From NCBI GenBank assembly GCA_036257785.1, contig DATAFA010000035.1, positions 1 to 47,571 on the forward strand: DNA of 47,571 bases, in the 5' to 3' direction. The DNA comes from Solirubrobacterales bacterium. GTDB taxonomy: Bacteria; Actinomycetota; Thermoleophilia; Solirubrobacterales; 70-9. The number at the start of each line of letters is the position of its first letter. Position 1 is the stretch's first letter. Below the pieces are notes generated by a model. That model saw only the letters and a list, made by a program, of their open reading frames with translations. It searched no databases and was not told where the DNA came from. The position numbers and the translations under genes were made by a program. Below are positions 24,544-33,136 of the stretch, one piece after another.

Positions 24544-25005
24544 TTGGCGACACGTGCGACAACGCCTCCCGCCGGTCCCGACCTCGACGCGCTCGACACC
24601 GCCTGGGAGCAGTTCTTCTCGGCGATCCGGCGCGCCAAGGGCCGGGCCGGACAGCGGCACGGCAGCGAGCTGAGCCTCCCCCAGCTCCATCTGCTCGCCC
24701 CGCTGGCCGGCGGCGGGACGGCGCGGGTCGGTGAGCTCGCGGAGGCCGCCGACGTCGCCGCTCCGACCGCGAGCCGGATGATCGACTCGCTCGAGCGCGA
24801 GGGACTCGTCAGCCGCGACCACGCCGCCGCCGACCGGCGGGCGATCACGGTCGCGCTGACCGATCGCGGCCGCGAGCTCTACGAGCGCAAGCGCGAGGTG
24901 CAGCACGCGAAGCGGATGGAGATCTTCGGATCGCTCTCGGAAGCCGAGCGCGAGCAGGCGGCACACCTGCTCGGCCGGATGGCGGAGCTGATCGACGGGC
25001 TTTGA
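24544..25005 (+). CDS. MarR family transcriptional regulator
   Basis: 153 aa. LSLPQLHLLAPLA..ARVGELAEAADVAAPTASRMIDSLEREGLVSR..DRRAITVALTDRG (winged HTH). Confidence 0.85.
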   Translation: MATRATTPPAGPDLDALDTAWEQFFSAIRRAKGRAGQRHGSELSLPQLHLLAPLAGGGTARVGELAEAADVAAPTASRMIDSLEREGLVSRDHAAADRRAITVALTDRGRELYERKREVQHAKRMEIFGSLSEAEREQAAHLLGRMAELIDGL

Positions 25006-26471
25006 GCGTCGCCGCCGACACCCACGTCCGCCAGCACTACAACGTGACGCTGGCCGTCCTCGTCACCGGGGCGCTCGCCTACGCGCTCTCGCAGACGATG
25101 ATCGCCCCCGCCCTGCCGGAGATCCAGGCGAAGCTCGGAACGACGACGACGCTCGTCACCTTCGCCCTGACCGGGTACCTGCTGACCGCATCGATCGCGA
25201 CACCTGTCATCGGCCGGCTCGGTGACATGTTCGGAAAGGAGCGGCTGCTCGTCATCACCCTGATGATCTTCGGCTTCGGCTCGCTCGTCTGCGCGCTCTC
25301 GCACTCGATCGCGGTGCTGATCGCCGGCCGCGCCATCCAGGGCGCCGGCGGCGCCATCTTCCCGCTCTCGTTCGGGATCATCCGCGACGAGTTCCCCCGC
25401 GAGAAGGTGGCGACGGGGATCGGGCTGATCAGCGCCACGTTCGGAATCGGTGGCGGCGCCGGGCTCGTGATCAGCGGCCTGATCGTCGACCACGTCGCCT
25501 ACGAGTGGATCTTCTGGCTGGCGCTGATCGTCGTCATCCCGGCGACCGTCGCCACCCACAGGTTCATCCCCGAGTCGCCGGTCAAGACGCCGGCGAAGAT
25601 CGACTCGGGCGGCGCGGCGCTCCTCTCCGGCGGGCTCGCGTCGCTGCTGATCGCGGTCAGCGAGGGCAACTCCTGGGGATGGACTTCGGCGACGTTCGTC
25701 GGCCTCGTCGTCCTCGCGGCGGTCCTGCTCTGCGTCTGGATCCGCTTCGAGGCCCGCCACCCCGAGCCCCTCGTCGACATGCGGATGATGCGCAACCGCC
25801 CGGTCCTGACGACCAACCTGACCGCGCTCCTGATCGGGTTCGGGATGTTCGGCTCCTACATCCTTGTCCCCCAGTTCGTCCAGGTCCCGGCCTCGAGCGG
25901 ATACGGGTTCGGGGCCTCGGTGACCACCGCCGGCCTGTTCATGCTGCCCTCGGCCCTGGTCATGCTTGTCGCCGGTCCGATCTCCGGCTTGATGGGCACC
26001 CGCTACGGCTCGAAGCTGCCGCTTGTGATCGGCACCGTCCTCGCCTGCGCGAGCTTCCTGATGCTCGCCGTCTGGCATTCGAGCCACCTCTCGATCTACA
26101 TCGCCACCGCCCTGATGGGGCTCGGGATCGGCTTCTCGTTCGCGGCGATGGCGAACCTGATCGTCGAGGCAGTCGACCAGAGCCAGACCGGGGTCGCTAC
26201 GGGAATGAACACGATCATGCGGACGATCGGGGGCGCGATCGGCGGCCAGGTCGCCGCCAGCATCATCGCCGGCCACATCGTCGCCGGTGGCATTCCGGCC
26301 GAGAGCGGCTACACGACTGCCTTCGCCGTCTCCGCCTTCGGGGTCGCGATGGCGGTGCTCGCCGCGCTCGCGATCCCCGGGCGGCTGCGGATGCGTCCTC
26401 AGGCACCGCTGACCGATGCAGGCGACGCCTCGGCCGCCTTGCCCTCGGGCGGGCACGAGGTGCAGGCCTGA
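25002..26471 (+). CDS. MFS transporter, 14-TM DHA2 type
   Basis: 489 aa. TTGA overlap with the marR stop. Motif A GRLGDMFGKERLL, many TM segments. Confidence 0.9.
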   Translation: MSVAADTHVRQHYNVTLAVLVTGALAYALSQTMIAPALPEIQAKLGTTTTLVTFALTGYLLTASIATPVIGRLGDMFGKERLLVITLMIFGFGSLVCALSHSIAVLIAGRAIQGAGGAIFPLSFGIIRDEFPREKVATGIGLISATFGIGGGAGLVISGLIVDHVAYEWIFWLALIVVIPATVATHRFIPESPVKTPAKIDSGGAALLSGGLASLLIAVSEGNSWGWTSATFVGLVVLAAVLLCVWIRFEARHPEPLVDMRMMRNRPVLTTNLTALLIGFGMFGSYILVPQFVQVPASSGYGFGASVTTAGLFMLPSALVMLVAGPISGLMGTRYGSKLPLVIGTVLACASFLMLAVWHSSHLSIYIATALMGLGIGFSFAAMANLIVEAVDQSQTGVATGMNTIMRTIGGAIGGQVAASIIAGHIVAGGIPAESGYTTAFAVSAFGVAMAVLAALAIPGRLRMRPQAPLTDAGDASAALPSGGHEVQA

Positions 26472-27931
26472 CTCGGGCTCGGATGGCGCGGCGCCCGGGG
26501 AACCTCGCCCGGACTGATCGTCGCCCACGAGATCAGGCCCCCGATCGCGGCGATCGCGGCAGCGATCAGCATCGCCGTCTGAAAGCCCTCCGAGAAGGCT
26601 CCCGGTCCGACCGCGGTGGCGGCGCTCAGCCCTGCGGCCGCGGGTAGCGCCGCGCTGGCGAGGAGCTGGGCGAGGCGCGCGGCGGCGTTGTTGACCGCCG
26701 AGGCGATGCCCGCCCGTTCGTCCGGAAGCGCGCCGAGCACCGCCGCGGTCAACGGGGCGACGAAGATCGTCATCCCGATGCCGAAGACGATCACCCCCGG
26801 AAGGATCGATGCGACGTAGCCGTCGCCTTGGTCGATTGCCGACAACATGACAAGTCCGACGCCGAGGACAAGCGGCCCGACGGTCATCGGGATCCGCGGA
26901 CCGATCTGCTGCCCGAGCTTTCCGGCCTGCGGAGAGAACAAGAGCATGATCAACGTCGCCGGAAACGACGCCGCTCCGGCGGCCAGCGCGGTGTAGCCGA
27001 GGACGTCCTGGAGCTGCAGCGAGAGGAAGAAGAACATCGCCCCGATCGCGATGTAGTTGGCGAGGGTCGCGGCGTTGGCGCCGGAGAACTGGCGCGAGCG
27101 GAAGATCGCCAACGGGACCATCGGATCGGCGGCGCGACGCTCGAAGAGCAGGAAAGCGATCAGGAGCAGACAGCCGACCGCACCGGCCCCGGCCACGGCC
27201 GGGTCGTCGAGACCGCGGCCGCCGGCCTCGACCAGGGCGTAGGTGATTCCGGCGAGTCCGAGGCTGACGAGCGCCGACCCGATCCAGTCGGGCCGGGCGC
27301 CGGCCTGCGGCGCGCGGGCCTGCGGCAGGTGGCGAACGCCGAGCCAAACGGCGACGAGAGCGAGCACGACGACGATCGCGAACACCCAACGCCATGACGC
27401 CACGTCGACGAGCCAGCCGCCGAGGAACGGACCGATCAGGCTCGAGATCCCCGACCACCCCGCCCACGCCCCGATCGCCCTGCCGCGATCCTCCTCGGCG
27501 AAGCTCGCCTCGACGATCGCGAGGCTCGCCGGTACGAGCAGTGCCGCCGCGGCGCCCTGGAGGATGCGGGCGCCGATCAGGACCTCCGCGTTCGGAGCAA
27601 TCGCGCAGAGCAAGGAGGTGGCGGCGAATCCGACCAGGCCGAGGTTGAACACCAGGCGGCGCCCGTAGATGTCGCCGAGCGAGCCGCCGGTGATCATCAG
27701 CGCGCTGAGCGTCAACAGGTAGGCGTTCATCACCCACTGCAGACCGCCGAGATCGAGATCGAGGTCCCGGCCGATCTCGGGCAGCGCGATCGTGACGACG
27801 CTGGACTCCAGGAAGGCCGCCCCGGAACCGAGGATGACCGCCGCGAGCGCCCAGCGACCACGAGCCGACGCATAGCGCAACGGTTCGGGCTCGGGCCCCG
27901 TTTCAGGGCTGTCGGCCGTCTCGGCGTGCAC
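26399..27931 (-). CDS. MFS transporter, 14-TM DHA2 type
   Basis: 510 aa. VVTIALPEIGRDL, GSLGDIYGRRLVF. 3' end overlaps the convergent MFS gene by 73 nt. Confidence 0.9.
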   Translation of the reverse strand: MHAETADSPETGPEPEPLRYASARGRWALAAVILGSGAAFLESSVVTIALPEIGRDLDLDLGGLQWVMNAYLLTLSALMITGGSLGDIYGRRLVFNLGLVGFAATSLLCAIAPNAEVLIGARILQGAAAALLVPASLAIVEASFAEEDRGRAIGAWAGWSGISSLIGPFLGGWLVDVASWRWVFAIVVVLALVAVWLGVRHLPQARAPQAGARPDWIGSALVSLGLAGITYALVEAGGRGLDDPAVAGAGAVGCLLLIAFLLFERRAADPMVPLAIFRSRQFSGANAATLANYIAIGAMFFFLSLQLQDVLGYTALAAGAASFPATLIMLLFSPQAGKLGQQIGPRIPMTVGPLVLGVGLVMLSAIDQGDGYVASILPGVIVFGIGMTIFVAPLTAAVLGALPDERAGIASAVNNAAARLAQLLASAALPAAAGLSAATAVGPGAFSEGFQTAMLIAAAIAAIGGLISWATISPGEVPRAPRHPSPSQACTSCPPEGKAAEASPASVSGA

Positions 27932-27979
27932 TCGTCATCGATGTTCGCAGCTCCGGCCGAGGCCGGCCATACTGATGGC

Positions 27980-28942
27980 ATGGGCGCCTTCCTGCAGCGG
28001 CTCGGAGTGGAGCTGCCGGTCGTTCAGGCCGGCATGGGCGGCGGCCTGTCCGGACACGAGCTCGCCGCGGCCGTCTCGGCGGCCGGCGGCCTCGGAACGA
28101 TCGGGATCCTCGCTCCCGGCGACCTGCGGGAGGAGATCAACGCGGCCCGCCGGTCGAGCGACGGGCCGCTCGCCGTCAACCTGCTGCTGCCCTTCGCTCG
28201 TCGCGCCCACTTCGACGCGGCGTCGGAGGCCGACGTGCTCGTCACCTTTTGGGGACGGCCCGAGCGGCAGACGGCCAGGGCCTGGATCCACCAGTGCGGC
28301 TCGGTCGAGGAGGCATTGGCGGCCCACGCGGCCGGCGCCGACGCGGTGATCGCGCAAGGGGTCGAGGCCGGAGGCCACGTCCGCGGGGCGACCGCGGCGA
28401 TGGAGCTGCTCGCTCGAGTCGTTCGGGCGCTGCCCGACGATTATCCGGTGCTCGCGGCCGGGGGCATCGCCACTGCGGCCGACGCCAAGACCCGCCTCGA
28501 CGCCGGTGCCGAGGCCGTGGTCTGCGGGACCCGCTTCCTGATGACCGCTGAAAGCGGTGGCCACCCCGCCTACAAGAGCCGCTTGCTCGAGGCACGGGAG
28601 ACGATCCTGACCGAGCTCTTCGGCGTCGGCTGGCCGGCTTCGCATCGCGTCGTTCCCAACCAGGCGACCGCGCGCTGGCTGCGGAACGATCCCCGCGGTC
28701 CGGGCTGGCTGCGCGGGCTCCACCGGGCGACCGCGCCGCTCGCCTCCCGGCTTCCGATCCCGATGCAGTTCCGCCTCGCCGCGACGCAGCGTCCGAACCG
28801 GCCGCTGTTCGGCCCCGCCGCGGCGACAGCCGGCGGGCCCGCGAACCTGATCGAAGCGGGACCGCTCTACGCCGGCGAGTGCATCGACCGCATCGACGAC
28901 ATCCGCCCGGCCGGCGAGCTCGTCCGCGAGCTGGCAGGTTGA
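27980..28942 (+). CDS. Nitronate monooxygenase (NMO / 2-nitropropane dioxygenase-like) family FMN enzyme
   Basis: LPVVQAGMGGGLSGHELAAAVSAAGGLGTIG..AQGVEAGGHVRG..AAGGIATAAD. Trimmed to ATG 27980. Confidence 0.85.
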   Translation: MGAFLQRLGVELPVVQAGMGGGLSGHELAAAVSAAGGLGTIGILAPGDLREEINAARRSSDGPLAVNLLLPFARRAHFDAASEADVLVTFWGRPERQTARAWIHQCGSVEEALAAHAAGADAVIAQGVEAGGHVRGATAAMELLARVVRALPDDYPVLAAGGIATAADAKTRLDAGAEAVVCGTRFLMTAESGGHPAYKSRLLEARETILTELFGVGWPASHRVVPNQATARWLRNDPRGPGWLRGLHRATAPLASRLPIPMQFRLAATQRPNRPLFGPAAATAGGPANLIEAGPLYAGECIDRIDDIRPAGELVRELAG

Positions 28943-29518
28943 CTAGATCGCTTCCGCGATCAGGACCGCCGAGCCGAACAGGAACGCCGCGGCGGTGATC
29001 GCCCCGACCAGCTTCGGCGAGGGACCGCCGTGGATCCCGGTTGCGTGCACTGCCGCGTGGCCCTTGCCGCGGGCGATCAGCCGGCGGTTGACCGGGACTG
29101 CGAAGACGAACGCGATCGCCAGGGCGAACGAGAGGCTGCCCCAGAACAGGATGTCGCCGAGGCCGGCATGCAGGGCCCCGGGGATCGCGACCATGATCAG
29201 GTTGTCGACGATCTCCATCGTCAGGATGCTGAACGTGTCCGACGCCAGCGCGATCGGGATGACCGTTGCCAGCGCCAACCCGGCGCGAAACAGCGGCAGG
29301 CTCGTCAGCGCATATCCGAACAGGAAGGCGAGCGCGATCGACAACGCGATCATCGATCCGTTCGACATCCCGGCGGCCGTGCCGATCGCCATGCCGGTGA
29401 CCTCGCCGATCGCGCACCCGGTCAGGCAGTGCAGCGTCGCCGAGATCGAGACCGCGGTCAGCGCCCGGCCGCCGGTCGGCAGCTCGCCGTGGACGTGATG
29501 CTGGGCTGCGCTTTCCAC
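28943..29518 (-). CDS. DUF4396-type integral membrane protein
   Basis: C-terminal 191 codons of track ORF 28943-30853. His-rich start (AQHHVHGE), SATLHCLTGCAIGEVTGMAIG signature, 4-5 TM. GTG 29518 chosen; GTG 29527 is an alternative. Confidence 0.75.
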   Translation of the reverse strand: MESAAQHHVHGELPTGGRALTAVSISATLHCLTGCAIGEVTGMAIGTAAGMSNGSMIALSIALAFLFGYALTSLPLFRAGLALATVIPIALASDTFSILTMEIVDNLIMVAIPGALHAGLGDILFWGSLSFALAIAFVFAVPVNRRLIARGKGHAAVHATGIHGGPSPKLVGAITAAAFLFGSAVLIAEAI

Positions 29519-29528
29519 GGGCCCCACG

Positions 29529-29555
29529 GTACCATACCCCCTCGGGGTATGGTAC
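29529..29555 (-). promoter_or_regulatory. Perfect 12+12 inverted repeat resembling CsoR/RicR-type operators
   Basis: GTACCATACCCC-ctc-GGGGTATGGTAC, 5 nt after the TauE stop and 11 nt before the DUF4396 GTG. No U-tract follows. Confidence 0.45.
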
Positions 29556-29559
29556 GGAC

Positions 29560-30312
29560 TCAGAGCACCAGCTGAGCGATTGCCGCCAGCCCGACGACGA
29601 CGATGACCGCGCGCAGCCACGGGTCGGACAATCTCTTGCCGACTCCGGCACCGAGCAGCCCTCCGGCCGTCGAGCCGATCGCGATCAGCGCCGCCGGCAG
29701 CCAGGCGACGTCGGCGATGAACAGGAAGACGATCGCGGCAACGAGGTTCGCGAGGCCGGCGAGGACGGCGCGGATCGCGTTGACGTTCGTGAGCTTGCCC
29801 CCGAGCGAGCTCGCCAGCAATCCGAACAGCAGGATCCCCTGCCCGGCGCCGAAGTAGCCGCCGTAGATCCCGGTGGCGAAGATCCCGCCGATCAGCAGCG
29901 GTCCGCCGTGCGGGCGGTGGGTCCGCCGCCGGGCCATGACCCAGGCGGTGATCCGCGGCTGGAGGACGATCAGGGCCAGCGAGAGCGCGATCAGCACCGG
30001 CACGATCGCCTGGAACGCCGACGCCGGCAGGGTCAGCAGCAGGATCGCGCCGACGACGGCGCCGCTCGCGGTCGCCGGCGCGTAGCGCTTCAGGCGAGGG
30101 CGACTGCCGCGCAGCTCCTCGCGGTACGCCCAGGCGGAGCTGACCGCGCCCGGCACGATGCCGATGTTGTTGGAGACGTTGGCAACGACCGGCGGGTAGC
30201 CGATCGCCAGCAGGACCGGGAACGTGATCAGCGTCCCCGATCCGATCACGGCGTTGACGGCTCCGGCGCCGAAGCCGGCGGCGATCACGGCGATGACCTC
30301 GAGCGCGGACAA
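29560..30312 (-). CDS. TauE/SafE (DUF81) family anion exporter
   Basis: 250 aa, 7-8 TM, Gly-rich helices (GAGAVNAVIGSGTLITFP..GIYGGYFGAGQGIL). Confidence 0.85.
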   Translation of the reverse strand: MSALEVIAVIAAGFGAGAVNAVIGSGTLITFPVLLAIGYPPVVANVSNNIGIVPGAVSSAWAYREELRGSRPRLKRYAPATASGAVVGAILLLTLPASAFQAIVPVLIALSLALIVLQPRITAWVMARRRTHRPHGGPLLIGGIFATGIYGGYFGAGQGILLFGLLASSLGGKLTNVNAIRAVLAGLANLVAAIVFLFIADVAWLPAALIAIGSTAGGLLGAGVGKRLSDPWLRAVIVVVGLAAIAQLVL

Positions 30313-30396
30313 GCGCGGATCTTCGCCGATCGATCCTCACCCGCCTACCCGGGAGGCGGGTAACCGATCCCCGGCGGCTGCCGGCGCCTCGTCGGC

Positions 30397-30879
30397 TCAG
30401 CCGGCAGCCACGCCCTCGGCGGCGTTCCGAAGCTCGGCCACGTCGAGCTTCCTCATCTTCATCATCGCCTGCCACGCCCGCTCTGCCTTCGTCGGATCGG
30501 GGTCGCTGAAGAGCTCCTCGATCCCCTCCGGGACGACCTGCCAGGAGAGCCCGAACCTGTCCCGCAGCCAGCCGCACTGGCTTTCGGCGCCGCCGTCGGT
30601 GAGGCGCTCCCAGTAGTAGTCGACCTCGGCCTGGTCCTTGCAGGTGATCATGAACGAGACGGCCTCGTCGAACTTGAACTGCGGCCCGCCGTTGATCCCG
30701 ATGAAGGCCTGGCCGTTCAGCTCCCACTCGACCGTGACCACCTTGCCGGCCGAACTGGTGCCCTCCGGGTAGTGGGAGACGTTCGTGATCCGGCCGTCGT
30801 CGAAGACGTCGACGTAGAAGCTCGCGGCCTCCTCGGCGTTGCCGTCGAACCACAGGTTGGGGGTGATCTTCTGCGCCAT
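30397..30879 (-). CDS. VOC/PhnB-like (3-demethylubiquinone-9 3-methyltransferase domain) protein
   Basis: MAQKITPNLWFDGNAEEAASFY..FIGINGGPQFKFDEAVSFMITC..YYWERL..CGWLRDRFGLSWQVVP. ATG 30879 with GAGAGGAA 7 nt upstream. Confidence 0.8.
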   Translation of the reverse strand: MAQKITPNLWFDGNAEEAASFYVDVFDDGRITNVSHYPEGTSSAGKVVTVEWELNGQAFIGINGGPQFKFDEAVSFMITCKDQAEVDYYWERLTDGGAESQCGWLRDRFGLSWQVVPEGIEELFSDPDPTKAERAWQAMMKMRKLDVAELRNAAEGVAAG

Positions 30880-31053
30880 GTGCAAATTCCTCTCGAGTCG
30901 GGCGGGCTCTGCCCCGCGACGGTCATTCCGATGTTTAGACCACCGGCGCGGTCAATAATCATCGCCCGCCGTCGGGCACGAGCGGCTTCCACTAGGTTCA
31001 AAGGCAGCTATCCATTTCCGGGGCCTTCGCCCCATCACCGAGAGGTTTCTCCC

Positions 31054-31545
31054 ATGGCCGAACGACCCGTCTTCCTCTACGCCGCCGTCTACGACGAAAT
31101 CGCCGACGCCGAGGCCGACTACGAAGCTGTCTTCGAGCTCCACGCCGCCGGCGCCGTCGGCACGTTCGACTCCGCCGTGATCGAGAAGGAGGACGGCAAG
31201 GTCCACGTCCACAAGACCGAGAAGCCGACGCAACACGGCGCCTGGACCGGCATCGCCGTCGGCGCCGTCGCCGGCATCCTCTTCCCGCCGTCGATCATCG
31301 GCACCGCGCTGGCGGGCGGCGTCGCGGGCGGCGTCGTCGGTCATCTCTGGAAGGGCATGTCCCGGAGCGACCTCAAGGAGCTCGGTGAGGCGCTCGACGA
31401 CGGCAACGCGGCCCTGGTCGTGATCGGCGAGTCGAAGATCGACGAGCAGATCGAGAAGGCGACCAAGCGCGCCAAACGGGTCATCGAGCGGCAGATCGAC
31501 GCCGAGGCCGAGGAGCTGAAACGCCAGGTCGAGGCAGCATCCTGA
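31054..31545 (+). CDS. DUF1269-like small membrane/stress protein
   Basis: 163 aa from ATG 31054 (GAGAGG upstream). Gly-zipper segment GAWTGIAVGAVAGILFPPSIIGTALAGGVAGGVVGHLW. The upstream part of track ORF 30772-31545 is rejected. Confidence 0.7.
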   Translation: MAERPVFLYAAVYDEIADAEADYEAVFELHAAGAVGTFDSAVIEKEDGKVHVHKTEKPTQHGAWTGIAVGAVAGILFPPSIIGTALAGGVAGGVVGHLWKGMSRSDLKELGEALDDGNAALVVIGESKIDEQIEKATKRAKRVIERQIDAEAEELKRQVEAAS

Positions 31546-31582
31546 GCCCGATCGGGCGCTGAGTCCGCTCGACGCCCGGGGA

Positions 31583-31762
31583 TCAGATCATCGATAGGAC
31601 GACCGCGAGGATCACCGCGGCGGCCACGACCCCGCCCACCGCATAGCCGATCGTCCAGGCGATGATGCTCTGACGACGGTCGAGCTGCTTGAAGTCCGGG
31701 CTCGGCCACGGAGGGAGCAGCGGCTCGTCGCCGTCGGCCCTCCCCATTTCGGTGGCGCCCAT
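31583..31762 (-). CDS. Candidate 59-aa single-TM protein (below the ORF-track length cut-off)
   Basis: My translation: MGATEMGRADGDEPLLPPWPSPDFKQLDRRQSIIAWTIGYAVGGVVAAAVILAVVLSMI*. GC3 is high like neighbouring genes. No strong SD. Confidence 0.35.
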   Translation of the reverse strand: MGATEMGRADGDEPLLPPWPSPDFKQLDRRQSIIAWTIGYAVGGVVAAAVILAVVLSMI

Positions 31763-31864
31763 CAGCTGCCGCCCTTGCTCGGCAGGTCAATCATCTCGGT
31801 CTCGCTTTCGTTGGTCCGCGTTTACCGACTGTGAGCAGAAGCTAACAGTTCCAGCCGACGGTGG

Positions 31865-32284
31865 TTATGCGCTCCGTCCATAGGCCGCCGCCAGGACCGC
31901 CTCGAACGAGCTCTCCGGTCCCGGCCATAGCCGTCGCAGCGCGTCGCGATCGGCGCCGCGCAGGACGTAGCGGAGCACGAGCACGACGACGATCGCGTCG
32001 TCGAGCTGGCCGAGGATCGGGATGAAGTCGGGAATCAGGTCGATCGGGCTGACCAGGTAGGCGAGCAGCAGGACGAGGGCCAGCTTGCGCCGGCCGGCCA
32101 CCCCCGGCTCGCCGAGCAGCCGCTTGAACAGCACGACGCAATCGGGGACGAACCCGGCAACGGCCCTGGCCTCGGCACGACGACCGGCGAGCAGCAGTCC
32201 GACGACGAGGACCGCGTAGAGCCCGACGCACACCGCCACGGCGACGACGAGCCACGCTGGAATCGACGAAGCCGGTCCCGCCAT
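31865..32284 (-). CDS. DUF1232 (YkvA-type) membrane protein
   Basis: 139 aa. Hallmark LLLAYLVSPIDLIPDFIPILGQLDD. Confidence 0.8.
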   Translation of the reverse strand: MAGPASSIPAWLVVAVAVCVGLYAVLVVGLLLAGRRAEARAVAGFVPDCVVLFKRLLGEPGVAGRRKLALVLLLAYLVSPIDLIPDFIPILGQLDDAIVVVLVLRYVLRGADRDALRRLWPGPESSFEAVLAAAYGRSA

Positions 32285-32387
32285 CCTCCGTCACGACCGA
32301 CGCCTTCGGGGTGGACCGCAAGCCTCCAGAGCCCGTTCCAGTGACCGGCATTCCCCGGTCGCGGTCTCGCGGGGCCTGAGCACTGAT

Positions 32388-33005
32388 CTATGGAGCGTCG
32401 CGTTCGACCACGGTCACCGGCAACCGCACCCGCCCGAACGTCTCCTCTGGGGCGGGAATGCGGTGCGCCCAGAGCTCGTCCTCCGACGGAGGGAAAACCA
32501 GGACCTCATCCGCGGCAAAGACCCGAAGCGCGTCCTCGACCGCCAGCCGTGGATCGGTGTCGCCGACGCCGCCGGAGACGATCCTCCCGGATGCCCTGGC
32601 TTCGTCGGCGAGGCGCTCGGCGCTGGCCTCCGCATCGCGGATCTCATCGTCGACGTCGCCGGCGAGACGCTTCAGCGGCATCGTCAACGCGGGCACGACG
32701 ATCCGCACCTCGTCGTCGCTGCCGCGTTCGTGCGCCTCCAGCGAATCCACCAGCCGGCGGGCGTCGGCGTCGCAGTGGGCGACGACCAGGATCCGATGAA
32801 CGGCATCGGAGCTGGACCGGACCTCGACGTCGCCACGACGCTCCCAGCGCACCGCGACGAAGGCCAGCAATCCGAGCTCGGCGACGATGATGATCAAGCC
32901 GACGGCGACCCCGCCCAGCCAGAAGGCGAATGGAACCAGGGCCACGAGCACCGCCAGGGCAGCGACGAGGAGGAGGATGTGGGCACGGTCAGCTTTGCGT
33001 TCCAT
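32388..33005 (-). CDS. Two-TM membrane protein with cytoplasmic USP-like (adenine-nucleotide alpha-hydrolase-like) domain
   Basis: 205 aa. TMs at the N-terminus, then HRILVVAHCDADARRLVD..VRIVVPAL..GGVGDTDPRLAVEDALRVFAADEVLVF. AAGGAG lies 7 nt upstream of the ATG. Confidence 0.55.
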   Translation of the reverse strand: MERKADRAHILLLVAALAVLVALVPFAFWLGGVAVGLIIIVAELGLLAFVAVRWERRGDVEVRSSSDAVHRILVVAHCDADARRLVDSLEAHERGSDDEVRIVVPALTMPLKRLAGDVDDEIRDAEASAERLADEARASGRIVSGGVGDTDPRLAVEDALRVFAADEVLVFPPSEDELWAHRIPAPEETFGRVRLPVTVVERDAP

Positions 33006-33032
33006 TACTGCGCTCCTTACCAGGGTTCCTGC

Positions 33033-33056
33033 ATCCGACGCTCGCGAGCGTATCCG
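33033..33056. promoter_or_regulatory. 14-nt perfect palindrome flanked by 5-nt direct repeats
   Basis: ATCCG-ACGCTCGCGAGCGT-ATCCG, 28-51 nt upstream of the ATG at 33005. Confidence 0.25.
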
Positions 33057-33136
33057 TGCGCGCTCGATGAGGAGGCGCCCTCAGCCATCCGACGTCTCAC
33101 GCCGCCCGCAAGGCACGGGCACGCGCGTCCAGGTCT

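Noticed and set aside
24879-27737. 952-aa minus-strand ORF. Similar very long ORFs occur at 10173-12017, 19507-21417, 36935-39064, 38713-40578, 3951-5540, 14155-15678 and 43839-45077.
   Set aside because: Their translations are Arg/Pro/Gly/Asp-rich low-complexity strings with no family motifs. Each lies antisense or out of frame to ORFs with clear motifs (MFS, YidC/Cfa, PilM/PilD, hydantoinase, FTR1, ChrA, AroKB, MFS). This is the expected artefact of stop-codon scarcity in ~70% GC DNA.
27951-27964. CCGGCC-GA-GGCCGG palindrome between the divergent MFS and NMO genes as an operator.
   Set aside because: Short, pure-GC palindromes of this kind are expected by chance at this base composition. 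Nothing else supports it.
29529-29555. Reading the 12+12 palindrome as an ordinary rho-independent terminator of the TauE gene.
   Set aside because: No U-tract follows on the minus strand, the next start codon is 11 nt away, and the sequence closely resembles CsoR-type operator half-sites. The terminator reading cannot be fully excluded, so confidence stays moderate.
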